DNA of 64,000 nucleotides from Mobula hypostoma (GCF_963921235.1 NC_086097.1:155622001-155686000); one strand, 5' to 3'. Positions 39,560 through 53,284 are shown, counted from the first letter of the stretch. Made by a program: numbers and translations. Notes: a model not told the origin generated them from the letters alone.

Positions 39560-41800
39560 AACAGAAGAAAGCATTTATCCCTCTGGGATTGTGCTAACAT
39601 TTAATATGATCATGGCTGATCACCTACATTATTTGTCTTGATCCTTTCTTTACCTCAAAACTGTTCATATCTTCAGTATAAAAAAAATAACTTTCTAAAA
39701 TGCATTTGATTACTTGGCATACAGTGATGAAGAATTCAACTGGGTCTCCCCTATTCTATGTGAAGAATATACCTTCTTATTCTTCTGTTCTCCATTGAAG
39801 TTAGGTCTAATCCATCTGCTCTATCCTCAGACTTTCCTTTCTTTTGCCTACCACCCTTCTTAAAGAATGGTGTGGCATTTGCAATTTTTTGGTCCTCCAG
39901 AACCATTCAACAATCTCTTCAGCCAACTCTTTCAGAAGCTAAGGCATAGTCCAGGTGAGTTATCTACCTTAAGGCCTTTTAGCTTCCCCAACATCTTCTC
40001 CTTAGATTTAGTGTCTACACTTAATTCTGCACCTTGACATTATTAAAGTTCTGGCATACTACTGGTGTCTTCATGGTAAAGACTGATGCAAAATACTTAT
40101 TGAGTGTGTCCGGAATTTCGTTGTCCCCCATTATTACCTATTCAGTATCACCTTCCAGCAGTATGATACTCACGCTCACCTCTCTTTTACTCTTTATATA
40201 TCAGGAAAAAACTTAAAGAATCCTCTTTTATATTATTGGCTTGTATTCCTTCACATTTCGTCCTTTCCCTCCTTATTGCTTTTTAGATGCCTTCTGTTGG
40301 TTTTTAGAAGTGTCACAATCACGGTTCATCAGCGCAGCAGATACGGAAATTGCACTCGTGAATATGCACGTGTCAGCTAATTATTATTTCATTGTGATAG
40401 TATTTAATTCCATTCATTCCATCGTAGTATTTGTTGAGATTTGGACATGGATATAGCTACGTTTCGTTATCTGCATTCCGCCTTCCCTGAGAAATTGGAC
40501 TGTCGAGTCAACTGACTCTGAAGACTAGCTGTATTCGTTTTATTCTAAGCTGTTCTTTTCAGCCACAGCGTAGGCTACATTTTCAATTTGAGTGTTTTAG
40601 TCAATGGCCCTGTTAGGCCTAGCGTTTATTGTTTTCTTTTTCTCTGTCTGTGAAAGATCGACCCACTTCAGTTTCTCTCACTCCGCACTTGGGCCATATC
40701 CGTACTGGGTGACAAAAAGTTTCCCAATCCTCCAGCTTATTTCTTATTTTAATTTTTCTATATTCTTTTGCTTTTATGCTGTATTTGACTTTCCTTGTCA
40801 GCTACAGTTGCCTTACCTTTTTTGGGATGTGCCTTCTGAATTGCTCAGAACCTCTATCTATTGCTTCTCTGCCTTCATCCCTGCTAGTGTCCCCATCCAA
40901 TCAAATTTGGCCAGCTTCTCTCACGCCTCTGTAGTTCCCTTTACTCCACTGTAATACTGTTACATCTGATTTTATCTTCTCCTTCTCAAACTGTAGGGTG
41001 AATTCTATCATATTATGATCACTGGCTCCTAAGAGCACCTTTACCTTAAGGTCATTACATTACATCCAATCCAGAATTGCTATTCCTTAACAGGCTCAGC
41101 CACAAGTTGCTTTAAAAAGCCATCTCTTAGGTAGTCTATTTTCAAAATCTACCAGCATATTGAAATTCCCCATAACTATTGCAACACTGTCCTTTTCACA
41201 TGCTTTTTCTATCTCCTGTTGTAATTTGTATCCTGGCTACTGTTCGGAGGTCTGTATATAACTTCCACGAGTTTCTTTTTACCCTTGCAGTTTCTTAACT
41301 TTACCCACAAGAGCTCTACATCTTCTACTCCTATATCACCTCTTTCTAACCAATAGAGCCACCCCACCCATCCTTTCGATACAATGTCTATCCTTGGATG
41401 TTAAGCTCCCAACCATGATTTTTTTTTCAGCCACTCTCTGAGATGCCCACAACATCAAAACTGCCAATCTCTAACTGTGTTACAAGATCACCTACCTTAT
41501 CCCACATAATGCATGCATTCAAATATAACACCTTCAGTCCTTCATTTATTGCCACCTGTTACACATTAACTGATCCCACTGATTGATATTTTGCTCTATC
41601 GTCTGTCTTTCCTTCCTCACAGTCTCACTACACACTGCATCTACTTGTATACAAGCTGCCTCATCCTCAGCCGTATCACTTTAGTTCCCAACCACCTGCC
41701 AAATTAGTTTAAACCCTCCCCAAAAGTTCTACAAGCATGCCAACAAGGGCATTGGTTCTTGTTCAGGTGTCATACCTTTCCCATAGGAGATCCCAATAAT
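39560..41800 (-). mobile_element. Old, internally deleted CR1 LINE (ORF1 end to 3' UTR), interrupted by a solo LTR
   Basis: 3' UTR GATCATGGCTGATC at 39609; fragments of RT and APE; ORF1 end GEGLN* at ~41704-41722. Confidence 0.85.
40311..40714. mobile_element. Solo LTR (404 bp) inside CR1
   Basis: Perfect inverted termini TGTCAC...GTGACA; 5-bp TSD AGAAG/AAAAG (1 mismatch); host CR1 resumes at once. Confidence 0.85.
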
Positions 41801-43329
41801 AGCATTTAAAAGTTTTTTGATTTATTTATTGATTTACATTGGGTTCTCTGAATACAGCCTTTAACATGTTTTGCAACAGTGTTCAGTAAGATTGATATTT
41901 CAAACATAGAACCTGACTATTTTAAGGTTCCTACCTTATTCACTTCATCTCCAGTTTAATAGGTTCTGGCATCTTCCAGTATCTCACTGTTCATCCTATT
42001 CTTCACATCCCACTCTTAGTGGAAAATCTTGGTTTTCTACTGTGAGCTGTGACTCAGTGGTAGCCTCATTATCTCCCAAACAAGATCTTATGTGTTTAAG
42101 TTACTTTCTCCCCTACTTGACTTCATTAAAGCAGCATATTCTTGAATTGTGTTTCACATTAAAAAGAGAACTTGCTGATGAGTCACAGATTTGGAAAGAA
42201 TTCATCCTGCTTGTTCACCTTGTACTCACATGAGTCTGAAATAAAAAAACCTCTCTACAGCCCCTACAATGTGAGGACATAGTCTGCAGACAGCAGGCAC
42301 CATTGTATAGTTATCTGCATCTTTTTGAAGGTTGTTTTATGCAATAAATTGGAGGGAGGTGGTCCACGTTAGGCTGCGGTGTACTGTGGCTGCTGTGATA
42401 CCTGGAGAGCTGGGAGGTGGTCTGGTGGCCAGGAAACAGTCTCACCTTGGGAGCAAACAAATGGGTAGAGGATGGTGCACAAGAAAGGAAGGAAGGGAAG
42501 GGAAATAGAAGGGGTATGAGGAGGCAGCAGAAGGAGATTCACGAAGTTCCTGCTTGCTACTTCTGCAGGAATACTGAGAAAATGATTGAGGATAAAATGC
42601 ATGGATTTATGCTCCTGTTCATCTGGTCTATGTGAGAAAACTTGCACAGTTGCCCTAATACCAGAATTTTGTTTTTATCCATATATTTACTTTAATAGGC
42701 ATTTCTGTGTTCTGTTCTTGCTGAACCATAACACTAGCAAATTTCTTTCAGTCGCAGTTGTCCAAAAAGTTCAATCTTAAATGCAATTATCTTCAACAGT
42801 TATTCAGCTGAAAGCAACTAAAGCATCTAACAATTGGCAATTAATGGTAATTAAATCACTGAAATTGTAAGACAATCAGTCAACAACATAGGTTATCAGG
42901 AGTAGGTCTGGGAAACTTGCAAGAAGCAGGAGATGAGCCTTGAGAAGTCAATGAGCCTGTGTCTTTGGGTCCTGACATGACAAACTGAAGAATCTATGAT
43001 TTAGGCTCACACTCCATTCAACAGAGGGGAACTGTTGCTGAGTAGGAAGCACCATCTATTGAATAATTCAAGCAGAAAATAGTTGAGATTAAAAGCTTTA
43101 AACATCCACAAACTTGATCTGCCGCATGTTCTCCAGCTGAAGTGAATAATAGCAACTTTAGTCAAGCATGGAAATTAATTTCTTCTCTCCTAGTAAAGAG
43201 CTCATATGTGAGCTTCACTTTGAGCATTCCTGTATATATTCTCCAGCTTGAATAGTGAAAATACAAGAGGCCAAAGTAACAGTCAAATGCTAGTATGGCA
43301 AAAGGAGAACAGTAAAATCACATTCAAGT

Positions 43330-43518
43330 TATTAAACTAGCTACCAGATTTGACCCATTGATCCAGAGATTAAAATCCTAACATGGCATTTGAGGAATTT
43401 AAATTTAGGTCATTAAATAAATCTGGAAGCAATCATCTAGCTTCAATTAAACAACATATTTCTTAAAGGATCCTTGTGATTCAATAACATCCTTCAGGTA
43501 GAAAATCTACCATCCTTT
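43330..43518 (+). mobile_element. tRNA-derived SINE, 5' half (split by CR1)
   Basis: GATTAAAATCC B-box relic, GGAATTTAAATT...TAAATAAATCTGGAA...AAATCTACCATCCTT; appears to continue at 47774. Confidence 0.6.
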
Positions 43519-46500
43519 TGCCGCTGATGGGAGTACTGTGCAGGTTTGACAAGGAGCTTGAAAAGCAGCAAGTTTTTTTATCAGGACTTGTTGATGGGAG
43601 TACTGTGCAGACACAACAGAAGTGTTCCTGTGCAGGTTCAACAAAGATTTTTGATGGGCAACCTAGTCTCTATAAAAGAGAGGTATCATCTAGTGGAGCG
43701 GTTATCATTGGAGTAGTCTGAGGCAGAGTAGTAAGGCTTTGGCTCAACAGGGCTTCAGTGAGAACAGGTGGAGGCAAGGTAAGTTCATTCCTTATTTCTA
43801 ATTTAAATCTTAAGAGAGTAGGGGGTATGTCTACAAAGATAGTGTTCTGTTCTGGGAGTCAGATGTGGGATTTCCAGGAGACCCCCCCCCCCCACGGCCA
43901 CGTCTGTGCTAGGTGCATTGAGATGCACCTCCTTAGAGACCATGTTAGGGAACTGGAGCCGCTTGTTAGGGAAAGTGAAGCAGTGATAATCAGGAGCTAC
44001 AGGGAGATAGTCACCCCAAGGCTACAGAAGACAGTTAAATGGGTGACTGTCAGGAGAACGAAGGAGGAGCATCAGATAGTAGAGAGCACACCTGTGGACA
44101 TCCCTCTCAACAATAAATACTCCATTTTGAGTACTGTTGGGTGGGATGACCTACCTGGGGGAAGTAACAGCAACTGAGCTTCTGCCAGTGAGTCTGGCCC
44201 TGTGGCTCAGAAGGGTAGGAAACTGAAGAGGATGGCAACAGTGAGAGGGGACTCTATAGTCAGGGGGACAGATAGGCTGCTCCGTGGATGTGATATGGAA
44301 ACACAGATAGTAGTTTGCCTCTCAGGTGCCAGGGTCCAAGATGTTTCTGGGCACGTCCACAATATCCTGAAAAGGGAGGGACAGCAGCCAGAAGTCATGG
44401 TACATATTGATACCAACAACATAAGAAGAAAAAGGGAGGAGATCCTGAAATCAGAATACAGGGAGTTAGGAAGGAAGCTGAGAAGTAGGACTTCAAGGGA
44501 AGTAATCTTGGGATTGTTGCCTATGCCACGCAACAGTGAGGGTAGGAATAGAATGAGGTGGCAGATAAATGTGTGGTTGAAAAATTAGTAGGGGGCTGGG
44601 ATTCAGGTTTCTGAATAATTGGAACCTCTTCTAGGGCAGGTTTGATTTGTGCAATAGGGACTGGTTGCACTTGAATCCAAGGGGGATCAATATCCCTTAA
44701 GGCGGAATTACTAGAGCTGTTGGGAGTGGTTTAAAGTAATAGGGCAGGGGAATGGGAACCAGTATGACAGAGTGGAGGATGAGCCAGCAAGCCAGCAGGT
44801 TTACAAGTAGATGGTGGATGTAACATGAATGTAAGGAAAGACAAGCCAATGCAGACAGAGCAAAGAGTTAAATTGTACCACAGATGCAAAATTCAAAAGG
44901 GTGAAGAATACAGGACTGAAGGTGCTATATTTAAATGTGTGTAGCATTCAACATAAGGTGGACAAGTTTGTGGCGTGATTAGAGATTGGTAGGTATGAAG
45001 TTATGGGCATCACTGAGTCGTGGTTGAAAGAAGGCCATAGTTAGGAGCTTAACATCAAAGGATATACTTTGTATCGAAAGGACAGGCAGGAAGGTATGGG
45101 CATTGGTGTGGCTCTGTTGTTAAGAGATGGAATTCCATTTTTAGAAAGAGGTGACATAGGGTCAGAGAAGGTTGAATCTTTGTGGGTGGAGTTAAGAAAC
45201 AGCAAAGGTAAAAAAAAAACATTAAGGGAATCATATATGCTTCCAAATAGTAACCAAGATGTGGGGTTATGATTGCAAAAGGAGCTAGAAAAGGCATGTA
45301 ATAAGGATGATGACATAATGTTAATGGTGGACATCAATATGCAAGGGAAAATCAGGTTGGTGTCAAATCGCAAGAGAGGGAATTTGTTGAATGCCTGTGA
45401 AATGGATTTTTAGAATAGCTTGTGCTTGAGCCTACTTGGGGAAAGGTTATTTTAGATTGTGTGTTGAGTAGTAACCCAGATCTTATTTGGTCACTTAATG
45501 TAAAGGAACCCTTAGGAGGCAGTGATCATAATATGATTGAATTCATACTGCAGTTTGAGAGGGAGAAGCATAACTCACATGTACTGGTATCACAATGGAA
45601 TAAAGGGAATTACAGAGGCATGAGAGAAGAACTTGCCCAGGTGGATAGGAGGAGGATACTGGCGAGGATGATGGCAGAGCAGAGATGGCTGAAGTTTCTG
45701 GGATCAGTTCTTAAGGCACAGGATAGATATGTACCACAGGAGAAGCAGTTCTCAAATGGCAGGGGTAGGCAATCGTGGCTGAAAAAGGAAGTTAAGGTCC
45801 CCATAAAAGCCAAGGAAAGGGCATATAAGAAAGCAAGAGTGAGCCGGAAGTTGGATGATTGGGAAGCTTTTAAAATCCAACAAAAGGCAACTGAAAAAGC
45901 TATATGAAGGCAAAATAGGAAGACTAGTCAATAATATAAAGCAGGATACCAGAAGTTTTTCAGTTATGTAAGGAATAAAAGGCAGGTGAGAGTTAATATT
46001 GGACCACTGGAAAATGATGCTGGCGAGGTCGTAATGGGGGAGAAAGAATTGGCTGGTGTACTTAATGGGTACTTTGCATCTGTCTTCACTGTGGAAGACA
46101 CTAGCAGTATGCCAGAGGTCCGTGAGTCATGGTGCAGGAGTGAGTGCCATTGCTATTACAAAGGAGAAAGTGCTAGGCAAACTGAAAGGTCTTAACATGG
46201 ATAAGTCACCTGGATCAGATGGACTATATCCCAGAGTCCTAAAAGAGGTTGGTGAAGAGATAACAGATGCATTGGGCATGATATTTCAAGAATCACTTAA
46301 TTCTGGTATGGTCCTGGACAACTGGAAGATTGTAAATGCCACTCTACTCTTTATACAGACAGGAAAGCAAAAGAAAGAAAATTATAGGCCATTTAGTCTG
46401 ACCTCAGTGGTTGGAAAAATGTTGGAGTCCATTATTAAGGATGAGATTTCGAGATACTTGGAGACTAATGATAAAATTAAGTCAAAGTCAGCATGGTGTC

Positions 46501-47773
46501 TGTATAATGAAATCTCGCCTGACAAATCTGTTAGTTCTTTGAGGAAGTAACAAGCAGGGTGGACAAAGGAGAGACAGTGGATGTCACTTACTTGGAATTT
46601 CAGAAGGTGTTTGATAAGATGCCACACATGAGGCTGCTGAGCAAGTTAAAATCCTATGGCGTTACAGGAAAGATATTGGCATGGATAGCAGAATGGCTGA
46701 CAGGCAGGAGGCAGTGAGTGGGAATAAAAGGGGCCTTTTCTGGTTGGCTGTCAGTGACTAATGGTGTTCCTCAGGGGTCAGTATTGGGACCGTCACTTTT
46801 CACATTGTTTGTCAATGATTTAAAAATAGAATTGATGGCTTTGTACCAAAGTTTGCAGATGATATGAAGATAGGTGGAGGGGTAGGTTGTGCTGAAGAAG
46901 CAATGTGATCGCAGCAGGACTTAGACAAACGGGAAGAATAGGCAAACTAGTGGTAGATGGAATACAGTTTTGGGAAACGTATGATAACGGACTTTGGTGA
47001 AAGGAGCAATAGTGCAGACTATTATCTATATAGCAGAAGGTACAAACATCAGAAGTGCAGAGGGACTTAAGAGTCCTCGTGCAAGGCTGCCTGAGGGTTA
47101 ATTTACAGGTTGAATCTATGGTAAAGAAGGCAAGTACAATGTTGGCATTTATTTCAAGGGGAATAGAATATAAAAGGCAAGGAGATTATGCTGAGCTTTG
47201 AGGAGACACTAGTCAGGCTGCACTTGAAGTATTGTTAACAGTTTTGGGCCCCATGAAGGATGTGTTCTTATTGGAGAGAGTCCAGAGGAGGTTCACGAGG
47301 TTGATTCTGGGAATGAAGGGGTTAACATATTAGGAGTGCTTGGCAGTTTGGGGCCTGTACTCACTGGAATTTAAAAGATGAGGGGGGATCTCATTGAAAC
47401 CTACTGAATGTTGAAAGGACTAGATAGGGTGGACATGAAGAGGATGTTTCTGATGGTGGGGGTATCCAGAACTGAAGGGCACAGCCTCAAAATTGAGAGG
47501 CAACCCTTTAGAACAGAACTAAGGAACAACACTTTTAGCCATAGAGTAGTAAATCTGTGGAGTGTTCTGCCACAGACCGCGGTGGAGGTCAACTCCATGC
47601 GTTTTATTTAAGGCAGAAGTTGATTGTTTCCTCATCGGTCAGGGTATCAAAGGATATGGTGAGAAGGCAGGTGTATGGGGTTGAGTGGGATCTGGGATCA
47701 GCCATGATGGAATAATGGAGCAGACTCGATGGGCTGAATGGCCTAATTCTGCTCCTCTGTCTTATGGTCTTAT
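43519..47773 (+). mobile_element. Full-length, decayed CR1 LINE (~4.25 kb)
   Basis: 5' UTR, ORF1 from ATG 43827 (zinc-finger-like CxxC, GDSIVRG SGNH esterase), APE, RT (KFADD at ~46850), 3' UTR and TCTTATGGTCTTAT tail; many stops and frameshifts. Confidence 0.93.
43827..44739 (+). pseudogene. CR1 ORF1 (zinc finger / coiled coil / SGNH esterase), disrupted
   Basis: ORFs 43758-44177 and 44202-44588 plus downstream D.LHLNP.G codons ending GLK* at 44739. Confidence 0.85.
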
Positions 47774-47916
47774 CAGATCTGATTTTATATGTAACTGAAA
47801 ACCCAAAAATGTGGATCCCTCTTAAATGGATTCTCAGTCTAGGGGCAAGTAGGGATGAACAATGAATGCTGACATTGTCAATAACATTGATACTGCATGA
47901 CTGAGTAAAGAGAAAA
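47774..47916 (+). mobile_element. tRNA-derived SINE, 3' half
   Basis: ATGTAACT...AATGTGG...CTCTTAA...GGGCAAGTAGGGATGAACAATGAATGCTG then A-rich end; matches my recollection of the continuation of 43330-43518. Confidence 0.55.
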
Positions 47917-47959
47917 GTAATTGAATTCAGCTTGAGTATACACACATATTTGCTCCCTT

Positions 47960-49360
47960 GACAGAACATAGAACAGAGCAGAAAAGGAAAAGGCCCTTCA
48001 GCCTACAATAACCTCCTCTCCCTCACCTTAACCTTTGCCCTCTAGTTTTAGATGCCCTACCATGGGAAAGTGACTCTTGTCATCTATACTATCTGTACCT
48101 CTCATTGTCTTGTATATCCCTTTCATGCCAATGCTTGGCTTCTTTATACTCCAAGAAAACAGACCCAGCCTATCTAGTCTCCCCTTACAAATTCAATCAA
48201 CATCCTTGTGAAACATTTCTGCATCCTATCTAATTTGATTACATCTTTTCTGTAGTATGGTGATCTCCAAATGCAGCTTAATTAACATTATTCAGTATAA
48301 CATGACATCCTAGCCCTCTACTTTCAAACACTCCCATGGATTTATTATTCACTGAGTAAGTCTTGCCCTGGTTTAACTTCCAAAATTGTATCATTTTACA
48401 CTTGTCTGAATTAATTTTCACCTGCCATTCCCTTGCCCATATTTTAGTTGATCTACAGTACAAACCGCTAATTCATCAATATGCAACACTCGTCTGATCT
48501 TCTGTTCCCTCTCCAGCTTATTAGCCTTTATCTTTCTCCATAGGAAATACAGATGAGAAGCATTCATTTAAGCCCTTGTCCAGTTTCAGTACCTCACACA
48601 TAGATTACCGCACTGATCCTTAAATGCATCTAATCTCTTACAAACAACTCTTCTACTCTTAACATACTGACACAATCTGTTCTTTTGTTTCTCCCTTGTT
48701 TTACCTGCTAGGAATATCCAAAGGCCTCTTCTGATCTTCCTGATTTCCCTCTTAATATACTTCCCTGTTACATGCCTTGTGCTCTGCAGGGGATTTGCTT
48801 GATCCCAGCTGCCTATGCCTGACATATACCTCCTTTTTCCTGAGCAGAACCTCAAATTACCCCAGTCTTGCCTGCATTTGTCTCCACTCTAATGCTGGCT
48901 TTGAACTCTTCAGACCACACATTTAAAAACCTCCCATTTGCCAGAATTCATTTTACATGCCAACAGCCCTTCTGATCAGCTTTTGAGAGTTGCTGTCTAA
49001 TGACAACAAAATCGGCCTTCCATCAATTTAGGACTTTAAAATGAGAATTGGACCTAATGGATTTATAAAAGAAGAGTCATATTTGGGACCCCCTGCCCCT
49101 TACAGTATATTTTTAGGCTTGTTTTTGAGGACGTTATTAATAAATTAGAAAAGGGAGAACCAGTGGAAATCTTCTATTTAGATTTTCAGAAGTTTTTAAA
49201 AAGTCTCACAAAAGATGTTAATATGTATATTTAAAATGTAGGTTGATACACTTGCATGGATTGATAATTGGTTGACAATATCCAGACAAAGGGTGTAAGT
49301 GGAGGTGGTATCATGTGGGGTATCACAGCAGTCAATGCTAGGGCCCAAAATATTACTGAT
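47960..49360. mobile_element. Degenerate CR1 fragments (minus 47960-49060; plus 49110-49360)
   Basis: AGAACATAGAACA tail; WAREWQVKINSDKC (ORF 48278-48463); plus-strand KGEPVEIFYLDFQK. Confidence 0.7.
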
Positions 49361-49469
49361 TCAAAATGCTGGGAAACCTAAAATAAAAAGAAAATGCAGA
49401 AAATTCTCAGTGGGTCATGACATATCAGGAAATTGGATACGTTACGGACATTTAAGAGATACATTTGGA

Positions 49470-50612
49470 ACCTGACTACTGTAATTTGCCTGTTCTCACA
49501 ATAGGGCTACGCAGATGCAATCTCACTGGCTTTCCCCTCGGACTTGGATCACCTGGACAACAGTAATACCTATGTCAGGCTGCTTTTATTGATTACAGCT
49601 CAATGTTCAACACAATCATACCCTCTAGTCCTAATCAACAAACTCCAAAACCTGGGCCTCTGTATCTCCCTCAACAACTGGATCCTTGACTTCCTCATCA
49701 GGAGACCACAGTCTGTGCAGATCAGAAATAACATCTCCTCCTTGCTGTCAATAAACTCAGGCGCACCTCAAGAATGTGTGCTTAGCCCACTGCTCTACTC
49801 TCTATAAATTTGCCAATAAGACTTCTATTGTTGGCAGAATTTCAGATGGTGGTGAGAAAGCATGCAGAAGGGAGATAGGTCAGCTGGTTGAGTGGTGTCA
49901 CAGCAACCTTGCACTCAACGTCAGTAGGAGCAAAGAATTGTTTGTGGATTTCAGGAAGGGGAAGTCGAGGGAACACACTCCAGTTCTCTTTGAGAGATCA
50001 GTAGTGAAGAGGCAGGGCAGTTTCAACTTCCTGGGTGTCAGCTTCTCTGAAGATCTATCCTGGGCCCAACATATTGATACAATTACAAAGAAGACATTTC
50101 AGGGGCTATATTTCATTAGGAGCTTGAGGAGACTTGGTATGTCAGCAAAGACTCTCGCAAATTTACCATCACCATCTGGTATAGAGGGGCCACTGCATAA
50201 GATCATAAAAAAGCTGCAGAAAGTTGCAAACTCAGCCAGCTTCATCATGGCCACTGGCCTCCCCAACATCGAGGACCCCTTCAAAAGGCAATGCCTCAAA
50301 GTGGCATTAGTCATAAGGACCCATCACCCAGGGCATGCCCTCTTCTGATTGCTAGCATCAAGGAGGAGGTATAGGCACCTGAAGACACACACTTGACATT
50401 CCAGGAACAGCTTCTGCCATCAGATTTCTAAAAGGACAATAACCCATATACACTACCTCACTATTTTATTTTTTGACTCTCCTTTTGCACTACGTATTTA
50501 CTTTAATATATTTCTTATCGTAATTTCTGTCTATATTATTATGTATTGCAATGTACTGCTGTCGCAAAATCAAATTTCATGACATACACCAGTGATATTA
50601 AACCTGAATCTG
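49470..50612 (+). mobile_element. Rex1/Babar-like LINE 3' portion
   Basis: HLDNSNTYVRLL, NWILDFL...GAPQECVLSPLLYSL, KFANK(FADD)...LALNVSRSKELFVDFRK; tail TAAACCTGAATCTG. Confidence 0.88.
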
Positions 50613-50929
50613 GTTTAAGAGACTCTTGGGCATTGGATGAAAGGAAAGTGGAGGGATACGTGTGAAAGAAAGGGAGAGAATGGAGCATTAGTGAGAGATT
50701 GAACTTGGAGTGGGTTAAAGGGTTGGCACATCATTCTGGGTTGAAGGGCCTGTACTGTGCTGTATTGTTTTAGGTTCAATGATCTGTATCTGTTGGAGGA
50801 AGAGAAAATATAGAGTTATGTTTCAGTTCTGAGAAATTGTCTCCAAACTTTTGGTACTCCAGTTTCCTCCCACATTGTAAAGGTTAGGGTTAGTAAGTTG
50901 TGGGTATGCAATGCTGACACCAAAGAGTG

Positions 50930-52070
50930 AGGCACTTCTCTACATTTTAGCCAACTTTTACAGGAGCACCATCGAGAATGCGCTGACCAGCTACATCACT
51001 GTCTGGTATGGGAATTGCAAGGTATCTGACTGCAAGTCCCGACAAAGGATTACGAGAACTGCTGATAGGATCATTGGGGTTTCTCTTCCACCCGTTAGAG
51101 ATATTTATCAGGAGAAATGCATACGCAGGGCTCTTAGCCACTGATCCCTCCCATCTGTCTAAAAATCTCTTTGACAACCAACCCCCCCCCCCGGCCCCCA
51201 CCATCAGGCAGGAGGTGCTGTAGCACTAGGGCAAGAACTGTTAGGATGGGAAACAACTTCTTCCCTCTGGCCCCAGGCTGTAAAATGACTGAACTTCCTC
51301 CCATTATTCAGGTCTTATCACCTATGAAGCACCAGTAGCATATTTAACTTGCATCATATATGCACATTATTATTTGTTAATTAGATTAGAATTAGATTAG
51401 ATTATGAGAAAACGCAGCGCTCTTTTATTGTCATTTAGTAATGTATGCATTAAGAAATGATACAATGTTTTTCCAGAATGAAATCACAGAAACACATGAC
51501 AAACCGACTTAAAAATTGACAAAAACCACATAATTATAACATATAGTTACAACAGTGCAAAGCAGTACCATAATTTGATAAGAACAGACCATGGGCACAG
51601 TAAAAGTCTCAAAGTCTCTCGAAAGTCCCATCATCTCACGCAGATGGTGAACCAAACTTGCCGATGCTGCATCCTGGAAGCATCCGACCACAGTCTGACT
51701 CCAAGTCCGTCTGAAAACTCTGAGCCTCCGACCAGCTCTCCGACACCGAGCACCATCTCTGCCGAGCGCTTCGGCCCCGGCCCCGGCCCCGGCAACAGGC
51801 AACAGGCAAAGCCGAGGATTTGGGGCCTTCCCTCCAGAGATTCTTGATTGCACAGTAGCAGCGGCAGCAAAGCGAGCATTTCAGAAGTTTCTCCAGATGT
51901 TCCTCTGTGCTTCTCACGGCTGTCTCCATCAAATCAGGATTGTGCACGGCCCCCTAGTTAACACATATCGATATCATTCAGAACAGCCACACACGCTGCG
52001 TCGTGTCGCCATCTTCTCCTCCTAATTTATTTGTGATAATATTACTTTATGTGTTATCTGTGTGATGATT
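50930..52070 (+). mobile_element. Rex1/Babar-like 3' fragment, interrupted at 51383-52022
   Basis: NFYRSTIENALTSYITVWYGNC...QRITRTADRIIG; the 3' UTR TATTTGTTAATT|TATTTGTG is split by the insertion. Confidence 0.8.
51383..52022 (-). mobile_element. Young non-coding retroposon (640 bp) with (TCTAA)n tail
   Basis: 5-bp TSD TAATT (51378-51382, 52023-52027); 5' end GGAGGAGAAGATGGCG; CpG-rich body; GACAATAAAAG then microsatellite tail. Confidence 0.8.
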
Positions 52071-53284
52071 TTTACAACATTCTGTATGCATGTGTTTATT
52101 TTGGCTTTCCAGCATCTGCAGTATTTTAGCTTTATTTCCAAATCACAATTTATAGGATTTGGGTAAGGGATTATTCTATAATCCCCTATATTATAATTTT
52201 TCTAAGTAAGAAAATTGGTGAGATTATGAAGAGGATGCTGATCAAGAGGCCTAATTGAGCGAGTCCCATTTACCTGCATTTGGCCGATATCCTTCTTTTC
52301 TTTTCCTTGCCTATTCCATGCACCTGGCTAAATATCTTTAAAAGTTGTAATTGTACCCACATCTACCACTTCCTCTGGCAGCTTATTCCACGTACTCTCC
52401 ACTTTCTGAGGAGAGTGTTTTGTCTTTGCTCATGGAGGCAAAATTCTCAAATATATTTAAGGAAGTAGAAATATACCGAGAATTAAAAGGTGTGAAGGGA
52501 ATGCGGAGAGCAAAAAAATGGTATTGAGTTGGTGGATCAGGCCCGAGGAGCAGACATATTGTCTTAAGCTAAAGGATCAGCCATGATGGCACTGAAATGG
52601 TAGATCAGGCTTGAAGGGCCAAATGGTCTTGTGCTGGCCATGATTCTGTATCAAGAAACCCAAGTGAAGGATCAAAGCTCCACTATGATTGGATGCTTCA
52701 ATTAACAGCAATATTCGTTGAAGAAAGAAAATGTTGGAAGATATCCTAATTAACACAGAATTATTCACTCAGGCATTAGAAGGATGATGTATAAATGAAT
52801 GCAGACTTTAAACGAAAGTGGCAATCAGTCATTTCCGTATGCAGGTTGTTATCTAAGGAATATGACCCTTTTCAAGCCTTTCTGAGAGCAATTTAGATAT
52901 CTTACGAACAGATGTAGTCTGGTAAGCTTGAGGAAGTAGACTGTGCCAACCGGCAGCTCAAGGCATTTATCATCACAAGCTCCAAGGAGCTTAGCAGGCC
53001 AGACAACCATTTCACTCAATATGAATTGGTAAATGAATTAGCAACTTTAGCTTTTGGTACTTAACGCTAAATCTGAGCTTGCTTTCGTTGCACAAGAATG
53101 AAATCATATCTTCTTTTTGACATTTTCTGGAGTCTGGAGGTTGCCAGTAGTGATAACACCTAAAAGAAAAAAAAAATAAGGAAGCTGAAATATCTCAGGG
53201 TTTGCACTTAGCTCAAAGGGTTTTTGGAACTCTCATGCCGACTTGGTACTGACTCTGGTAATAAGGCCTACAAGAAGCGGATCA

